Positions 20,041-29,252 of a stretch of DNA of 64,000 nucleotides are shown piece after piece (the stretch's first letter is position 1; each line of letters opens with the position of its first letter). The stretch covers positions 5,056,001 through 5,120,000 of the forward strand of contig OY760937.1 in the NCBI GenBank assembly GCA_963664225.1, written 5' to 3'. This DNA comes from Verrucomicrobiia bacterium (GTDB lineage: Bacteria; Verrucomicrobiota; Verrucomicrobiia; Limisphaerales; UBA1319). The position numbers were made by a program, and so were the translations under genes. The notes beneath the pieces are model-generated. The model had not been told where the DNA came from. It saw only the letters and a program-made list of their open reading frames with translations, and made no database searches.

Positions 20041-20781
20041 ATGAAAACGCCTATTTGGAAATCCACAGGTCTTGGCACCTGTTTATTGGCCAGTGTTCTC
20101 TTCGCCTTCCATTGCGTGGGGGCGGAATCGGCCCAGGCAACCGCAGTGCAGATCAACCTGGACCCACAGCTCAATGCGCGGGTGGTCATTACCCAGAAAG
20201 AAGGCCGACTGCAATTGGTGGATCATGCCCTGGATTCTAGAGATTCGATCCTTATCACCAAAACAGCGGCTGAGGTTTCGAAGGCGGGCAAGATCAAACC
20301 GCTGCCGGATTCAGGTCTTATCGCCGCCAACGACCGGCATCCCGAGGTCAAACTCCATTATGCGGACGGCGATGCCGGACTTCAGGTTCACAGAATTTCG
20401 GCCAGGACAGAGATCTGCAGCATACCGGTTCCGGCGCATCAATATCGTCAGGTGCAGGCGTTTTTTATTAGCGCCAATGGCCCAACACCCATTTCTGTGA
20501 CGCTGCAATATGCCGATGGCTCCTCGCAGAAACAGATGGCCCAGGTGCCTGACTTCTTCTTTTTACCCGTCCCAACGGACAAGGCGTGGTTTGTCCTGGT
20601 CAACGACTTTGGGAAGGTGGACAAGAACGGAAAAATGACCGAAACAGATCATCATTACATCCACGGTTTCGATCTTAATCCCGATTCAGGCAAGGTGCTT
20701 CAAAAGGTCGAGATTACGAAAGAAAACTCAGGCTCCGTGCTCAATCTCTTCGGACTCACGGGAACACTGGCCATCCCGTAG
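20041..20781 (+). CDS. Secreted hypothetical beta-sandwich protein
   Basis: Signal peptide; IPVPAHQY..LQYADGS..VPDF..KVLQKVEI pattern resembles the outer domain of 49065-51320. Confidence 0.65.
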   Translation: MKTPIWKSTGLGTCLLASVLFAFHCVGAESAQATAVQINLDPQLNARVVITQKEGRLQLVDHALDSRDSILITKTAAEVSKAGKIKPLPDSGLIAANDRHPEVKLHYADGDAGLQVHRISARTEICSIPVPAHQYRQVQAFFISANGPTPISVTLQYADGSSQKQMAQVPDFFFLPVPTDKAWFVLVNDFGKVDKNGKMTETDHHYIHGFDLNPDSGKVLQKVEITKENSGSVLNLFGLTGTLAIP

Positions 20782-20846
20782 GGCTTTTTCAGCGGTGCGC
20801 GGATATTGCCATTCCGGCCAGAGTTGCACTATTCTCCGGGCGAGTC

Positions 20847-21701
20847 ATGCAGGCAATCGCCGCAATGTTGTTTGTCAAAGGTGTCATGGTCGGGAGCATT
20901 TATGCCCTGATTTCGCTGGGCTTTAATGTCATCTACCAGACCACGGGCGTGCTGAATTTCGCGCAGGGCGAGTTTGTCATGCTGGGTGGAGTGATCGCCG
21001 GATGGGCTTTTGCCACCGGATCGGTGCCGCTGGTTCCCGCGCTTTTGCTTGGTGTGGGGGGAGCGGCGGTGGCGGGGTTGCTGGTGGATGCACTGGCCAT
21101 CCGACCGGTTCGACGGGCGAAGCCGGTCATCCCGGTCATCATCACCGTGGGCGTGGCCATTGTTCTAAGGTCGGTGGCCGCGTTGATTTGGGGGACGGAG
21201 CCAATGCACCTTCCGCCGTTAATCCGGGGCGGCACGAAGATTCTTGGCGTGCCGGTGGAATATCAAAACCTGTGCATCCTGGCAACGGCCGCAGTGTGCA
21301 TGGCGGGATTGGCGCTGTTTTTTCGTTACACAACCACAGGCATGGCCATGCGCGCCTGTTCGGAGGATCCGGGGGCGGCGAGGTTGTGTGGTGTGAATCC
21401 GGGCCGCATGTCCGCCTATTCCTTCGGATTGAGCGCCGCGCTGGCCGGGGTGGGGGGCGTATTGCTGACTCCGGTTGTTTCAATGAGTTTCGATCGTGGC
21501 ACGATGCTGGGCCTCAAAGGATTTGCAGCGGCCATTCTGGGCGGGCTGGGGCATCCAGTGGCCGGCGTGCTCTGCGGTCTATTGCTGGGGATTCTGGAGC
21601 AATTCAGCACCTGGTTTTCCTCGGTTTACAAGGAGACCCTGGCGTTTGCAGTGGTGGTGATCGTGTTGCTGGCGCGGCCCAAGGGGTTGTGGGGAAAGTG
21701 A
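20847..21701 (+). CDS. Branched-chain amino acid ABC transporter permease (LivH-like), orphan
   Basis: GSIYALISLG..GVLNFAQGEF, G.AMRA, KGFAAAILGGLG, RPKGLWG. Confidence 0.9.
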   Translation: MQAIAAMLFVKGVMVGSIYALISLGFNVIYQTTGVLNFAQGEFVMLGGVIAGWAFATGSVPLVPALLLGVGGAAVAGLLVDALAIRPVRRAKPVIPVIITVGVAIVLRSVAALIWGTEPMHLPPLIRGGTKILGVPVEYQNLCILATAAVCMAGLALFFRYTTTGMAMRACSEDPGAARLCGVNPGRMSAYSFGLSAALAGVGGVLLTPVVSMSFDRGTMLGLKGFAAAILGGLGHPVAGVLCGLLLGILEQFSTWFSSVYKETLAFAVVVIVLLARPKGLWGK

Positions 21702-21707
21702 TGTAAC

Positions 21708-22211
21708 ATGGCCGACGAAGCAATCATCGATTTAAACACGGACCATTATTTCATGGGCGAGGCACTGCGTCAGGCTGCGCGGGCGTTTAACGCGGAGGAG
21801 GTTCCGGTAGGTGCGGTGATTGTGAGGCAGGGGCGGATCATTGCCCGGGCATTCAACCAGGTCGAATTGCTCAAGGACGCCACGGCTCACGCGGAGATGC
21901 TTGCAATCACGCAGGCGGAGGGGGTGCTTGGGGATTGGCGGCTGACCGACTGCACGCTTTACGTGACCAAGGAGCCATGCCCGATGTGCGCGGGCGCAAT
22001 CGTTCACACGCGGCTGGAGCGGGTGGTGTTCGGGGCTGCGGATATCAAGGGCGGGGCGGCGGGGAGCGCCATGAATCTGCTGCAATTTCCGACGCTCAAC
22101 CACCAATGCGCCATCACGCAGGCTGTGCGCGAGGAAGAGTGCCGATCGCTTTTGAAAACATTCTTTGCACAGCGCCGCGCCGAAAATAACAGCAAGAACC
22201 AGCCGGATTAG
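21708..22211 (+). CDS. tadA: tRNA adenosine(34) deaminase
   Basis: EVPVGAV, TAHAE, LYVTKEPCPMCAGA. Confidence 0.93.
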   Translation: MADEAIIDLNTDHYFMGEALRQAARAFNAEEVPVGAVIVRQGRIIARAFNQVELLKDATAHAEMLAITQAEGVLGDWRLTDCTLYVTKEPCPMCAGAIVHTRLERVVFGAADIKGGAAGSAMNLLQFPTLNHQCAITQAVREEECRSLLKTFFAQRRAENNSKNQPD

Positions 22212-22488
22212 ACTTTGCCAAACCTTTGGTGAAGCAGTTGACGCAGATCAGGCTGCCTCCATCCGCGTGCCGTCCATTCGTGTGATTAGTATTTACGGGG
22301 TTCTGCAACAAGAGTGCAACATTGATGGCCTTCAAAATAGTACATCAATCGCCTCCCATATTAGAACAAGTTCATAAGCTTCCATTATGTAGAATAAGTG
22401 ATGCATAATAAAGTTGACAGTGGAGCGAAATATGACAATATGCAGCCATATTTCGGTTAACTGCCCGCCAAAGAAAGATTAGGAATTA

Positions 22489-25104
22489 ATGAATGCTACT
22501 CGATGGTCGGTTGGAATTATGAGCCTGATCGCCGCATTGGCAACCAGCGCCACAAACTACGCTCAGACCCCCTACGGAGGAACGCCGCACCCGATACCCG
22601 GGGTGATTCAGGCGGAAGACTTCGACGACGGCGGAGAAGGCGTGACCTATCACGCCACAAGCCCCGGAAACGCTGGCGGAGTTTACCGCCAAACGGACAT
22701 CGACATCTACCCCACCACGGATACCAGCGGGGGATATGACGTGGACTTCTTAAGCGGCGAGTGGCTCCGCTATACCGTCGAGGTGGCTCAAAGTGGCGCT
22801 TATCGTGTGGATTTGAGGATGTTCCAGGTGATTGGTCAAATATCCGGGAATATCCAGTTGTTGGTGGACGGGGCTTCAGTTACAGGGCCATTGCCTATTC
22901 CGGCGTATGCCCATGAAACCCAGTATCCTATCTGGCAAGGTGTTACAGCGGAGCCGGTTGTTTTATCGGCAGGTCGCCACATTCTTCAAGTCAGCATGGG
23001 TGCCTTCGAAACCTGGGAGGCTCCGTTCCCAACGGGACGAGGTGTCCTCTTTAATAAATTGACCATCAGTCCTGCTGTGCTGCGTCCGGCAGTGGTTCTG
23101 GCAGGGACGGGTGTCCCAGGCTTTGCAGATGGCCCGGCCAACCAGGCGCAGTTTTCCATGAACATCACCGGTTTGGATGTGGATCAAGCGGGCAATGTCT
23201 ATGTGGCCGATGCCGGGAATCTGCGGGTGCGCAAGGTCAGCCCTGACGGCCAGGTGAGCACGCTGGCCGGAAACGGCACTGTGGGACGCCAGAATGGTCC
23301 CGGCGACCAGGCCCAATTCCTGGCGCTGGATGCCCTGACTGTGGATAGTTCCGGCAATTGCTATGTGGCGGAGCAGGATGTGACGAATAATGTGAACCGC
23401 ATTCGGCTCATCACGAGCCAAGGCGTCGTGAGCACTTTCTATGAAGAATCGACCATGGAACAGCCCTATTTCACTGCTCCGCAGAAGATCGCTGGAATGG
23501 CCCTGGACACCATGGGCAGGATGTATTTTACCACCTATGGCACCAACAAGGAGTTGTCTTTCTGGCAATATGCCACCTTGGTTGCCATTAAAGACGGTAG
23601 CAGATCGGTTTTGGCCTCATCAGGCAGGAGTGGCTCGGGTGGCATACTGATTCTAAGTCCGATTACGACTGGCCATTCGACTAATATTTACTACCTGGAA
23701 AGCACTGGTAGTGAGTATGCCGCAATTAAATCCCTGACACCGAATGGAACTGCAAATGCCATCGTTTTGTCGTCTGGCGGTGATTATTCCTCCTATACAG
23801 GTTTGACGGCGACCCCAGATGGCGCCATTTATGTCGGAACACTTGGAGGCATCAAACAGGTGTCATCAGATGCCTCCAAGCGATTAATTAACAACGGAAC
23901 TAGTTTTGTTGGAGTGCTGGCATCCGATTATTCCGGCAACCTTTATGGCTTTCAGAGCAACCAACTCAACAAGGTGCTTGTCAATTATTCTCCGGTTGGA
24001 TTGTCTTTATTCACCCAGGGCGGCGGGACCGTTTCGGCCAACCCGCCGGGGGCTTACTTGAGCAACACAGTCGTCCAGGTCACGGCCACCCCTTCCGCCG
24101 GTCTCCAGTTCATCGGTTGGCAGGGCGATGTTACAGGTACCAACGCCCAGATCAGCCTGACAATGAATGCGTCCAAGACCCTCCAGGCGGTCTTTGGCGC
24201 GCAAGTTAACGCAACACCCACAACGGGAGGAACGGTGACGCGCAATCCGGACCTGGCCATTTACCCCTACAATACTCAGGTGACCCTCACCGCTCAGCCA
24301 AATATCGGCTTCGAGTTCTTCAAGTGGAGTGATGATAACACCAATAAGGTTCGCACCTCTTCTGTGACGACCGCTGTGAATGTTCAAGCCGTATTCTCCG
24401 CTCTGCCGCAGTTCACGTTGAATGCTCAGGTTTTGGCTGGCACGGGTGGCACGGTGACCGCGATTCCGTCCAATGCCACTTATTACCGCGATACTCTGGT
24501 GACCCTCTACGCACGACCGGCCGCTGGGTACGTCTTTCAAACCTGGTTGGATGGCAATCTGAGTGATCCCCGGGTGATTACCATGGCATCCAACACCACG
24601 GTATTTGCGGTGTTTGCTCCGGGGCAGGGGACAGCTCCAACCATCACGACGTCTCCGAAGAACGTTGAGGTGGTGGCCGGGGATGCCGTCACCTTCAGCG
24701 TGGCCGCCACGGGAAGCGTGCCGCTCGAATATCAATGGAGCCATGACGGCACACCCCTCACCGGCGAGACGGGCCCCACACTGACGCTGCCCACCGTGCA
24801 GGGGGCTGCGGCGGGGACTTACTCCGTGACGGTCAAAAACTCGGTGGACTCGGTCAGTGCCAGCGCGACGCTGAGCCTTATCAGTGGGGTGCGTCCATCC
24901 ATCACTTCATACCAACGGCTTGACGGGCAGTTTCAGTTCACCATCAGCGGCACGGCCGGTCAGCAATACAAGATCGAGTCCACCCCTGACTTGAGCACCT
25001 GGATGACTGTGACCAATCATCTGACCAACATTCTGGGCACGGTTTCCTACAGCGCTGCGTTGGGGAGCACCAACCTGTTTTACCGCGTGTCGGTGGCAGA
25101 GTAG
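22489..25104 (+). CDS. Secreted CBM6-like + NHL repeats + InlB B-type repeats + Ig domain protein
   Basis: Signal peptide; IPGVIQAEDFDDGGEG..GEWLRYTV; VYVADAGNLRVRK..VSTLAG; three V.LTA.P..G..F..W repeats; TFSVAATG..PLEYQW Ig domain; C-terminal ..ESTPDLSTW..FYRV. Confidence 0.85.
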   Translation: MNATRWSVGIMSLIAALATSATNYAQTPYGGTPHPIPGVIQAEDFDDGGEGVTYHATSPGNAGGVYRQTDIDIYPTTDTSGGYDVDFLSGEWLRYTVEVAQSGAYRVDLRMFQVIGQISGNIQLLVDGASVTGPLPIPAYAHETQYPIWQGVTAEPVVLSAGRHILQVSMGAFETWEAPFPTGRGVLFNKLTISPAVLRPAVVLAGTGVPGFADGPANQAQFSMNITGLDVDQAGNVYVADAGNLRVRKVSPDGQVSTLAGNGTVGRQNGPGDQAQFLALDALTVDSSGNCYVAEQDVTNNVNRIRLITSQGVVSTFYEESTMEQPYFTAPQKIAGMALDTMGRMYFTTYGTNKELSFWQYATLVAIKDGSRSVLASSGRSGSGGILILSPITTGHSTNIYYLESTGSEYAAIKSLTPNGTANAIVLSSGGDYSSYTGLTATPDGAIYVGTLGGIKQVSSDASKRLINNGTSFVGVLASDYSGNLYGFQSNQLNKVLVNYSPVGLSLFTQGGGTVSANPPGAYLSNTVVQVTATPSAGLQFIGWQGDVTGTNAQISLTMNASKTLQAVFGAQVNATPTTGGTVTRNPDLAIYPYNTQVTLTAQPNIGFEFFKWSDDNTNKVRTSSVTTAVNVQAVFSALPQFTLNAQVLAGTGGTVTAIPSNATYYRDTLVTLYARPAAGYVFQTWLDGNLSDPRVITMASNTTVFAVFAPGQGTAPTITTSPKNVEVVAGDAVTFSVAATGSVPLEYQWSHDGTPLTGETGPTLTLPTVQGAAAGTYSVTVKNSVDSVSASATLSLISGVRPSITSYQRLDGQFQFTISGTAGQQYKIESTPDLSTWMTVTNHLTNILGTVSYSAALGSTNLFYRVSVAE

Positions 25105-25122
25105 CCCTGGTTTAAGGTTTGG

Positions 25123-25156
25123 GGTGCGAGGGCGGCCACAATGTCGCCCTCGTACC
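25123..25156. terminator. GC-rich hairpin between convergent genes
   Basis: GGTGCGAGGGCGGC-cacaat-GTCGCCCTCGTACC, a 14-bp stem with two G-U pairs; no U tail. Confidence 0.5.
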
Positions 25157-25261
25157 ACAACTGCGGCAGGGGTGAAAATATGGCACGAGCTGCGCCCCTT
25201 ATAAAACAGGGCTCGGACAAATCAGGTAATCAGAAGGTTTCGCTTATGGATTCGCCACGAA

Positions 25262-25948
25262 TCAATGCGCCAGAAGGCGCTGGTAATGATGGCTGGAGGC
25301 CCATTGGCCAAGCTGGGTGAGTTCTTCGAGAATGCGGCGGATGGCGCGCATGGTGATGGGATTGGACACGGGTTTGACGGTCTTCTTTGGACCGGATTCG
25401 CGCATGGGGCTGGAACTGTATTGCACGATTTGAGCTTCTGTGACGGCAGCGATACGCTTCAATAATTCCGCGGGAGACATTTCAAACTGGCCGTTGCGCT
25501 GGGCAAAACCGAGCAGATCGCGCAGGACGACACAGCCGGAGATCAGGGACATGGTCACCTCAGGCGGGCCGCTCAATTTCGTGGGATTCTCGAGAATGGG
25601 GATATGGATCGTGCGAATGGCGAATCCGCGCGGCGCTTTTTCGAGAAGAAATGGGCCGGTTTGGATTTCGAGCTTTTGCAGCGCGGCATGGATGTCACGC
25701 TCAAGAGTGCCTGTTTGCCCCGCGAAAAGGGGCGGCACGGTGAAAATAATGGTTCCGGTGGGGGCAAAAGGGTCGCAGGAAGTGTCGTGCGTGAAGGACT
25801 GGGCAAACCTGGAATCCCATCGGGCGCCATTGCGGGCGCAGAAGGGTGCCAGGACGTTCCAGGTCAGGAATTGGCAGAGATCCATGATGCGATGCGTGTG
25901 CCACGGACATTGGTCGTCCTTGATGGTGAATTTCAGGCTTCTGTTCAT
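25262..25948 (-). CDS. Hypothetical protein
   Basis: 228-aa ORF filling the gap, ATG preceded by AGGAG (minus strand); no recognised motif. Confidence 0.65.
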   Translation of the reverse strand: MNRSLKFTIKDDQCPWHTHRIMDLCQFLTWNVLAPFCARNGARWDSRFAQSFTHDTSCDPFAPTGTIIFTVPPLFAGQTGTLERDIHAALQKLEIQTGPFLLEKAPRGFAIRTIHIPILENPTKLSGPPEVTMSLISGCVVLRDLLGFAQRNGQFEMSPAELLKRIAAVTEAQIVQYSSSPMRESGPKKTVKPVSNPITMRAIRRILEELTQLGQWASSHHYQRLLAH

Positions 25949-26146
25949 GCAAGACTCCTAAAAAATAACGTTACCCCCGATTCTTTTGCCTGCGGCCATC
26001 ATAGCTAAACCAACCGGTTTATCAACGACAATAGATCATGCTTTCCTTGCTAACTGCAGTGGCAAGAAAAGAGGAGGACTTTTGCCATGGCGTGGTTTTT
26101 TCACAAGGAACCACCGGCCTCCAAAGAACCAAACGGGGCGGTTCTC

Positions 26147-27151
26147 TCATCCTTTGAGCCAGCGGGCGGCGTCGGTGGCGGAGTAGGTGATGAGAATGTC
26201 GGCGCCGGCGCGGCGCATGCCCAAGAGGCTTTCCATGACGATGGCCCGTTCATCGATCCATCCCTGCTGGGCTGCGGCTTTCATCATCGAATATTCGCCG
26301 CTGACTGAATAAACCGCTGTCGGATAACCAAAGGTGGATTTGACGCGGTAAACCAGATCGAGATAGGCCAGACCGGGTTTAACCATGACGATGTCGGCGC
26401 CCTCCTGGATGTCCAGGGCCACTTCCCGCAACGCTTCGGAGGCATTGGCGGCATCCATCTGGTAGCTGCGGCGATCCCCAAACCTGGGCGCGGATTCCGC
26501 CGCGTCCCTGAACGGACCGTAAAAGGCGGAGGAAAACTTGGCGGCGTAGGACATGATGGGGGTGTCTTGAAAGCCATCGGTGTCCAAGGCCTTTCGGATG
26601 GCGGCCACGCGGCCATCCATCATGTCGCTGGGGGCGATGATATCAACGCCCGCCTCGGCGTAGCTTAAGGCCGCGCGCGCGAGCAACTTGAGGGAGGAAT
26701 CGTTTTCGATGATCACACCGCTGCGGCCTTTTTTGACGATGCCGCAATGGCCGTGGCTCATGTATTCGCAGAGGCAGACATCGGCAATGACGAGCAACTC
26801 TGGCAGTTCCTTTTTCAGAAGGCGGGTGGTCTGGGCGACGATGCCGTTGCGGGCATAGGCTTCGGAGGCCTTTTCGTCCTTCTTTTCGGGAATACCGAAC
26901 AGCAGGACCGCAGGCACGCCCAGCGCATAGGCTTCCTGCGCGGTTTTTAATATTTCGTCGGGCGAAAGCTGGAAAACGCCGGGCATGGACTTGACTGGGT
27001 TGCGCAACTTGCTACCGCGGCGGGCGAACAAGGGGAGCACCAATTGTTCCGCGCTCAGACGCGTTTCGCGCACCATTTTGCGAATGGCCGGGTTCTGGCG
27101 CAGGCGTCGTGGCCGGTAGTCTGGATGAAGTCCAGTAAACGGAATATTCAT
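26147..27151 (-). CDS. hemB: Porphobilinogen synthase (Zn-type)
   Basis: RPRRLR, DVCLCEYMSHGHCG, APSDMMDGR, SAFYGPFRDA, MVKP, VSGEY. Confidence 0.97.
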   Translation of the reverse strand: MNIPFTGLHPDYRPRRLRQNPAIRKMVRETRLSAEQLVLPLFARRGSKLRNPVKSMPGVFQLSPDEILKTAQEAYALGVPAVLLFGIPEKKDEKASEAYARNGIVAQTTRLLKKELPELLVIADVCLCEYMSHGHCGIVKKGRSGVIIENDSSLKLLARAALSYAEAGVDIIAPSDMMDGRVAAIRKALDTDGFQDTPIMSYAAKFSSAFYGPFRDAAESAPRFGDRRSYQMDAANASEALREVALDIQEGADIVMVKPGLAYLDLVYRVKSTFGYPTAVYSVSGEYSMMKAAAQQGWIDERAIVMESLLGMRRAGADILITYSATDAARWLKG

Positions 27152-27234
27152 GGGGGTATTCTAACTCAGAAGCTTTTGTTGAACAGAATAAATCGGCAGG
27201 GAGCAAACCACGCGGGACGACAAATGCAGGATTG

Positions 27235-28335
27235 TCAGGACTTGGAGCGGACGGCCCAGCGGAGTTTGGCGCTTGAGGAGCGGGGATTGGAGTGGATCTC
27301 CTCCTGGCTGGGACGAATCACGTCGCGGGCAATGTTTTCGTATTCTCCGGATCGCAATCCGGCATCAAACCATTTTTTTACGCGACGGTCTTCACCTGAA
27401 TGAAAGGTGAGAATGGCAACGCGTCCACCGGGCAGCAGGCACGATGGCAGAAAGCGCAGGAAGGTGTCCAAGGCCCCGAACTCGTCGTTGACCTCGATTC
27501 TCAGGGCTTGGAACACCCGTTTCAGGCAGGTATCCATTTCCTCCTTGTTGCGACCCAGGCTGGTCATGGACAGGGCACGGCGCGCGATGTCCGTCAGGGC
27601 GGAGGTTGTTTCGATGGGTTGACGCGCGCGCGCTTCGACAATGGCGGCGGCAATTTTTGCGGCGTTTGGTTCATCCGCATTTTCGGATAAGATCTGCGCG
27701 AGGCGGGACTCGGGCATTGTCTGAATCATCTCGGACACGGGATGGCCCTTGTGCGGATTCATTCGCAAATCCAGCGGCCCTTTTAGTTTGTAGGAAAATC
27801 CGCGTTGGGGATCGTCCAGTTGCATGGAGGAGCAACCCAGGTCGGCGAGCACCATGTCCACACCCTGAATGCCGGCTCCAGCCAATGCCCGGGCCATCCC
27901 TGCAAAATTGGTATGGATGACCGTGAGGGCTTCCAATGGGACCTCGGGCGTGCGCAGTCGGGCCTCGGTTTTGGGCAGTTCCAGAGGGTCCACATCCAGG
28001 CCGATCAATCGGCCACCCGGCAGAAGGCGGTTGAGGATTTCGCGTGCGTGGCCGCCGTAACCCAGGGTGGCGTCCACGGCCGATTCACCGGGTTTTGGAG
28101 CGAGAATTTCGAGAATCTCCTGAACGCAAATCGGGCGGTGCAAACCCGCGGGGGTTTTGCCCGACGACAGCACTTTTTGGACGGTTTCGGGATACTGATC
28201 GGGATTCAGCTCCTTGTATTTTTCTTCAAAGCGCCGGGGATGCGTTCCGCGATAGCGTGGGCGACGGCGATGCGGAACCGCTTCACCGCTGCCGGGCCCG
28301 GGTGTGGAATTGACGGTGTTGGAGTCTGGCGACAT
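27235..28335 (-). CDS. rsmH: 16S rRNA m4C1402 methyltransferase RsmH-family protein with N-terminal extension
   Basis: DATLGYGGH, DLGCSSMQLD..RGFS..PLDLRM, FQALRIEVN, TFHSGEDRRVK, NPRSSSAKLR. Confidence 0.88.
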   Translation of the reverse strand: MSPDSNTVNSTPGPGSGEAVPHRRRPRYRGTHPRRFEEKYKELNPDQYPETVQKVLSSGKTPAGLHRPICVQEILEILAPKPGESAVDATLGYGGHAREILNRLLPGGRLIGLDVDPLELPKTEARLRTPEVPLEALTVIHTNFAGMARALAGAGIQGVDMVLADLGCSSMQLDDPQRGFSYKLKGPLDLRMNPHKGHPVSEMIQTMPESRLAQILSENADEPNAAKIAAAIVEARARQPIETTSALTDIARRALSMTSLGRNKEEMDTCLKRVFQALRIEVNDEFGALDTFLRFLPSCLLPGGRVAILTFHSGEDRRVKKWFDAGLRSGEYENIARDVIRPSQEEIHSNPRSSSAKLRWAVRSKS

Positions 28336-28359
28336 GGGGATTGGGGATTTTGGATGGGC

Positions 28360-29130
28360 CTACATGCCCATGATCTGATATCCGCAATCCGCGTAAATCA
28401 CCTGACCGGTGATGGCTCCGGCGCCGTCACTGGCCAGAAAAGCCCCGGTTGCGCCGAGTTCCTCAGGCGTCACGTTGCGCTTGAGAGGGGCATGGGTTTC
28501 GTAGTGGTTGAACATGTCGTTGAAACCGGCAATGCCGCGGGCGGCAAGGGTGTTGACGGGTCCGGCGCTGATGCAGTTGACCCGGATTTTGCGGGGTCCG
28601 AGGTTGTAGGCGAGATAACGGGTGCAACCTTCGAGGGCGGCTTTGGCCACGCCCATGACGTTGTAATGGGGCACCACTTTTTCGGCGCCGTAATAGGTCA
28701 TGCCGAGAATGCTGCCGCCATTGGTCATCAGGGGGGCGGCCTTGCGGGCCAGCGCGATGAGCGAGTAGGCGCTGATGTCCATGGCGATATGGAACGATTG
28801 GCGGTCGGTATTGATGAACTCGCCTTCGAGGGCGGCGCGAGGGGCGTAAGCGACCGAATGGAGCATCAAATCCAAACGTCCAAAGTGGGATTCCAAAGTC
28901 TTGAATACAAGGTCAATTTCCTCGTCCTTGGTGACATCGCAGGGGAGGAGGAGCGTCTTCTCCCCAAAGTTCTGAACCAGGTCCTCGACGTTTTCCTTCA
29001 AGCGTTCACCCTGGTAGGTGAAGGCCAGTTGCGCTCCTTCGGCGGCCCAGGCTTTTGCAATGGCCCAGGCAATGGACCGTTTATTGGCCACTCCAAATAC
29101 AACCCCAATTTTTCCGTCAAGTATTGGCAT
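28360..29130 (-). CDS. fabI: Enoyl-ACP reductase
   Basis: GVANKRSIAWAIA, ISAYSL, YNVMGVAKAALE, ISAGP..TLAA; start ATG 29130. Confidence 0.96.
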   Translation of the reverse strand: MPILDGKIGVVFGVANKRSIAWAIAKAWAAEGAQLAFTYQGERLKENVEDLVQNFGEKTLLLPCDVTKDEEIDLVFKTLESHFGRLDLMLHSVAYAPRAALEGEFINTDRQSFHIAMDISAYSLIALARKAAPLMTNGGSILGMTYYGAEKVVPHYNVMGVAKAALEGCTRYLAYNLGPRKIRVNCISAGPVNTLAARGIAGFNDMFNHYETHAPLKRNVTPEELGATGAFLASDGAGAITGQVIYADCGYQIMGM

Positions 29131-29252
29131 AATTAACAATAGTATTAGTGTCTTTAATTCAAAATCATGGAAATTGCAATCACGAAAGAATGGAAAATTC
29201 CACCCATCAAGGCAAAGGAGCCAGGTTGGTCAGCAAAAACCCGGCGCAATAG

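Noticed and set aside
22212..22488. Possible tRNA or ffs gene downstream of tadA
   Set aside because: No cloverleaf, T-loop GTTCRA or SRP motif; reads as an AT-rich promoter region.
25181..25196. TGGCACG-N-GC sigma54-like site
   Set aside because: The -12 element is GCGC rather than TTGC, and it points antisense into a gene end.
27805..29136. 443-aa plus-strand ORF
   Set aside because: Antisense to fabI and rsmH, both well supported.
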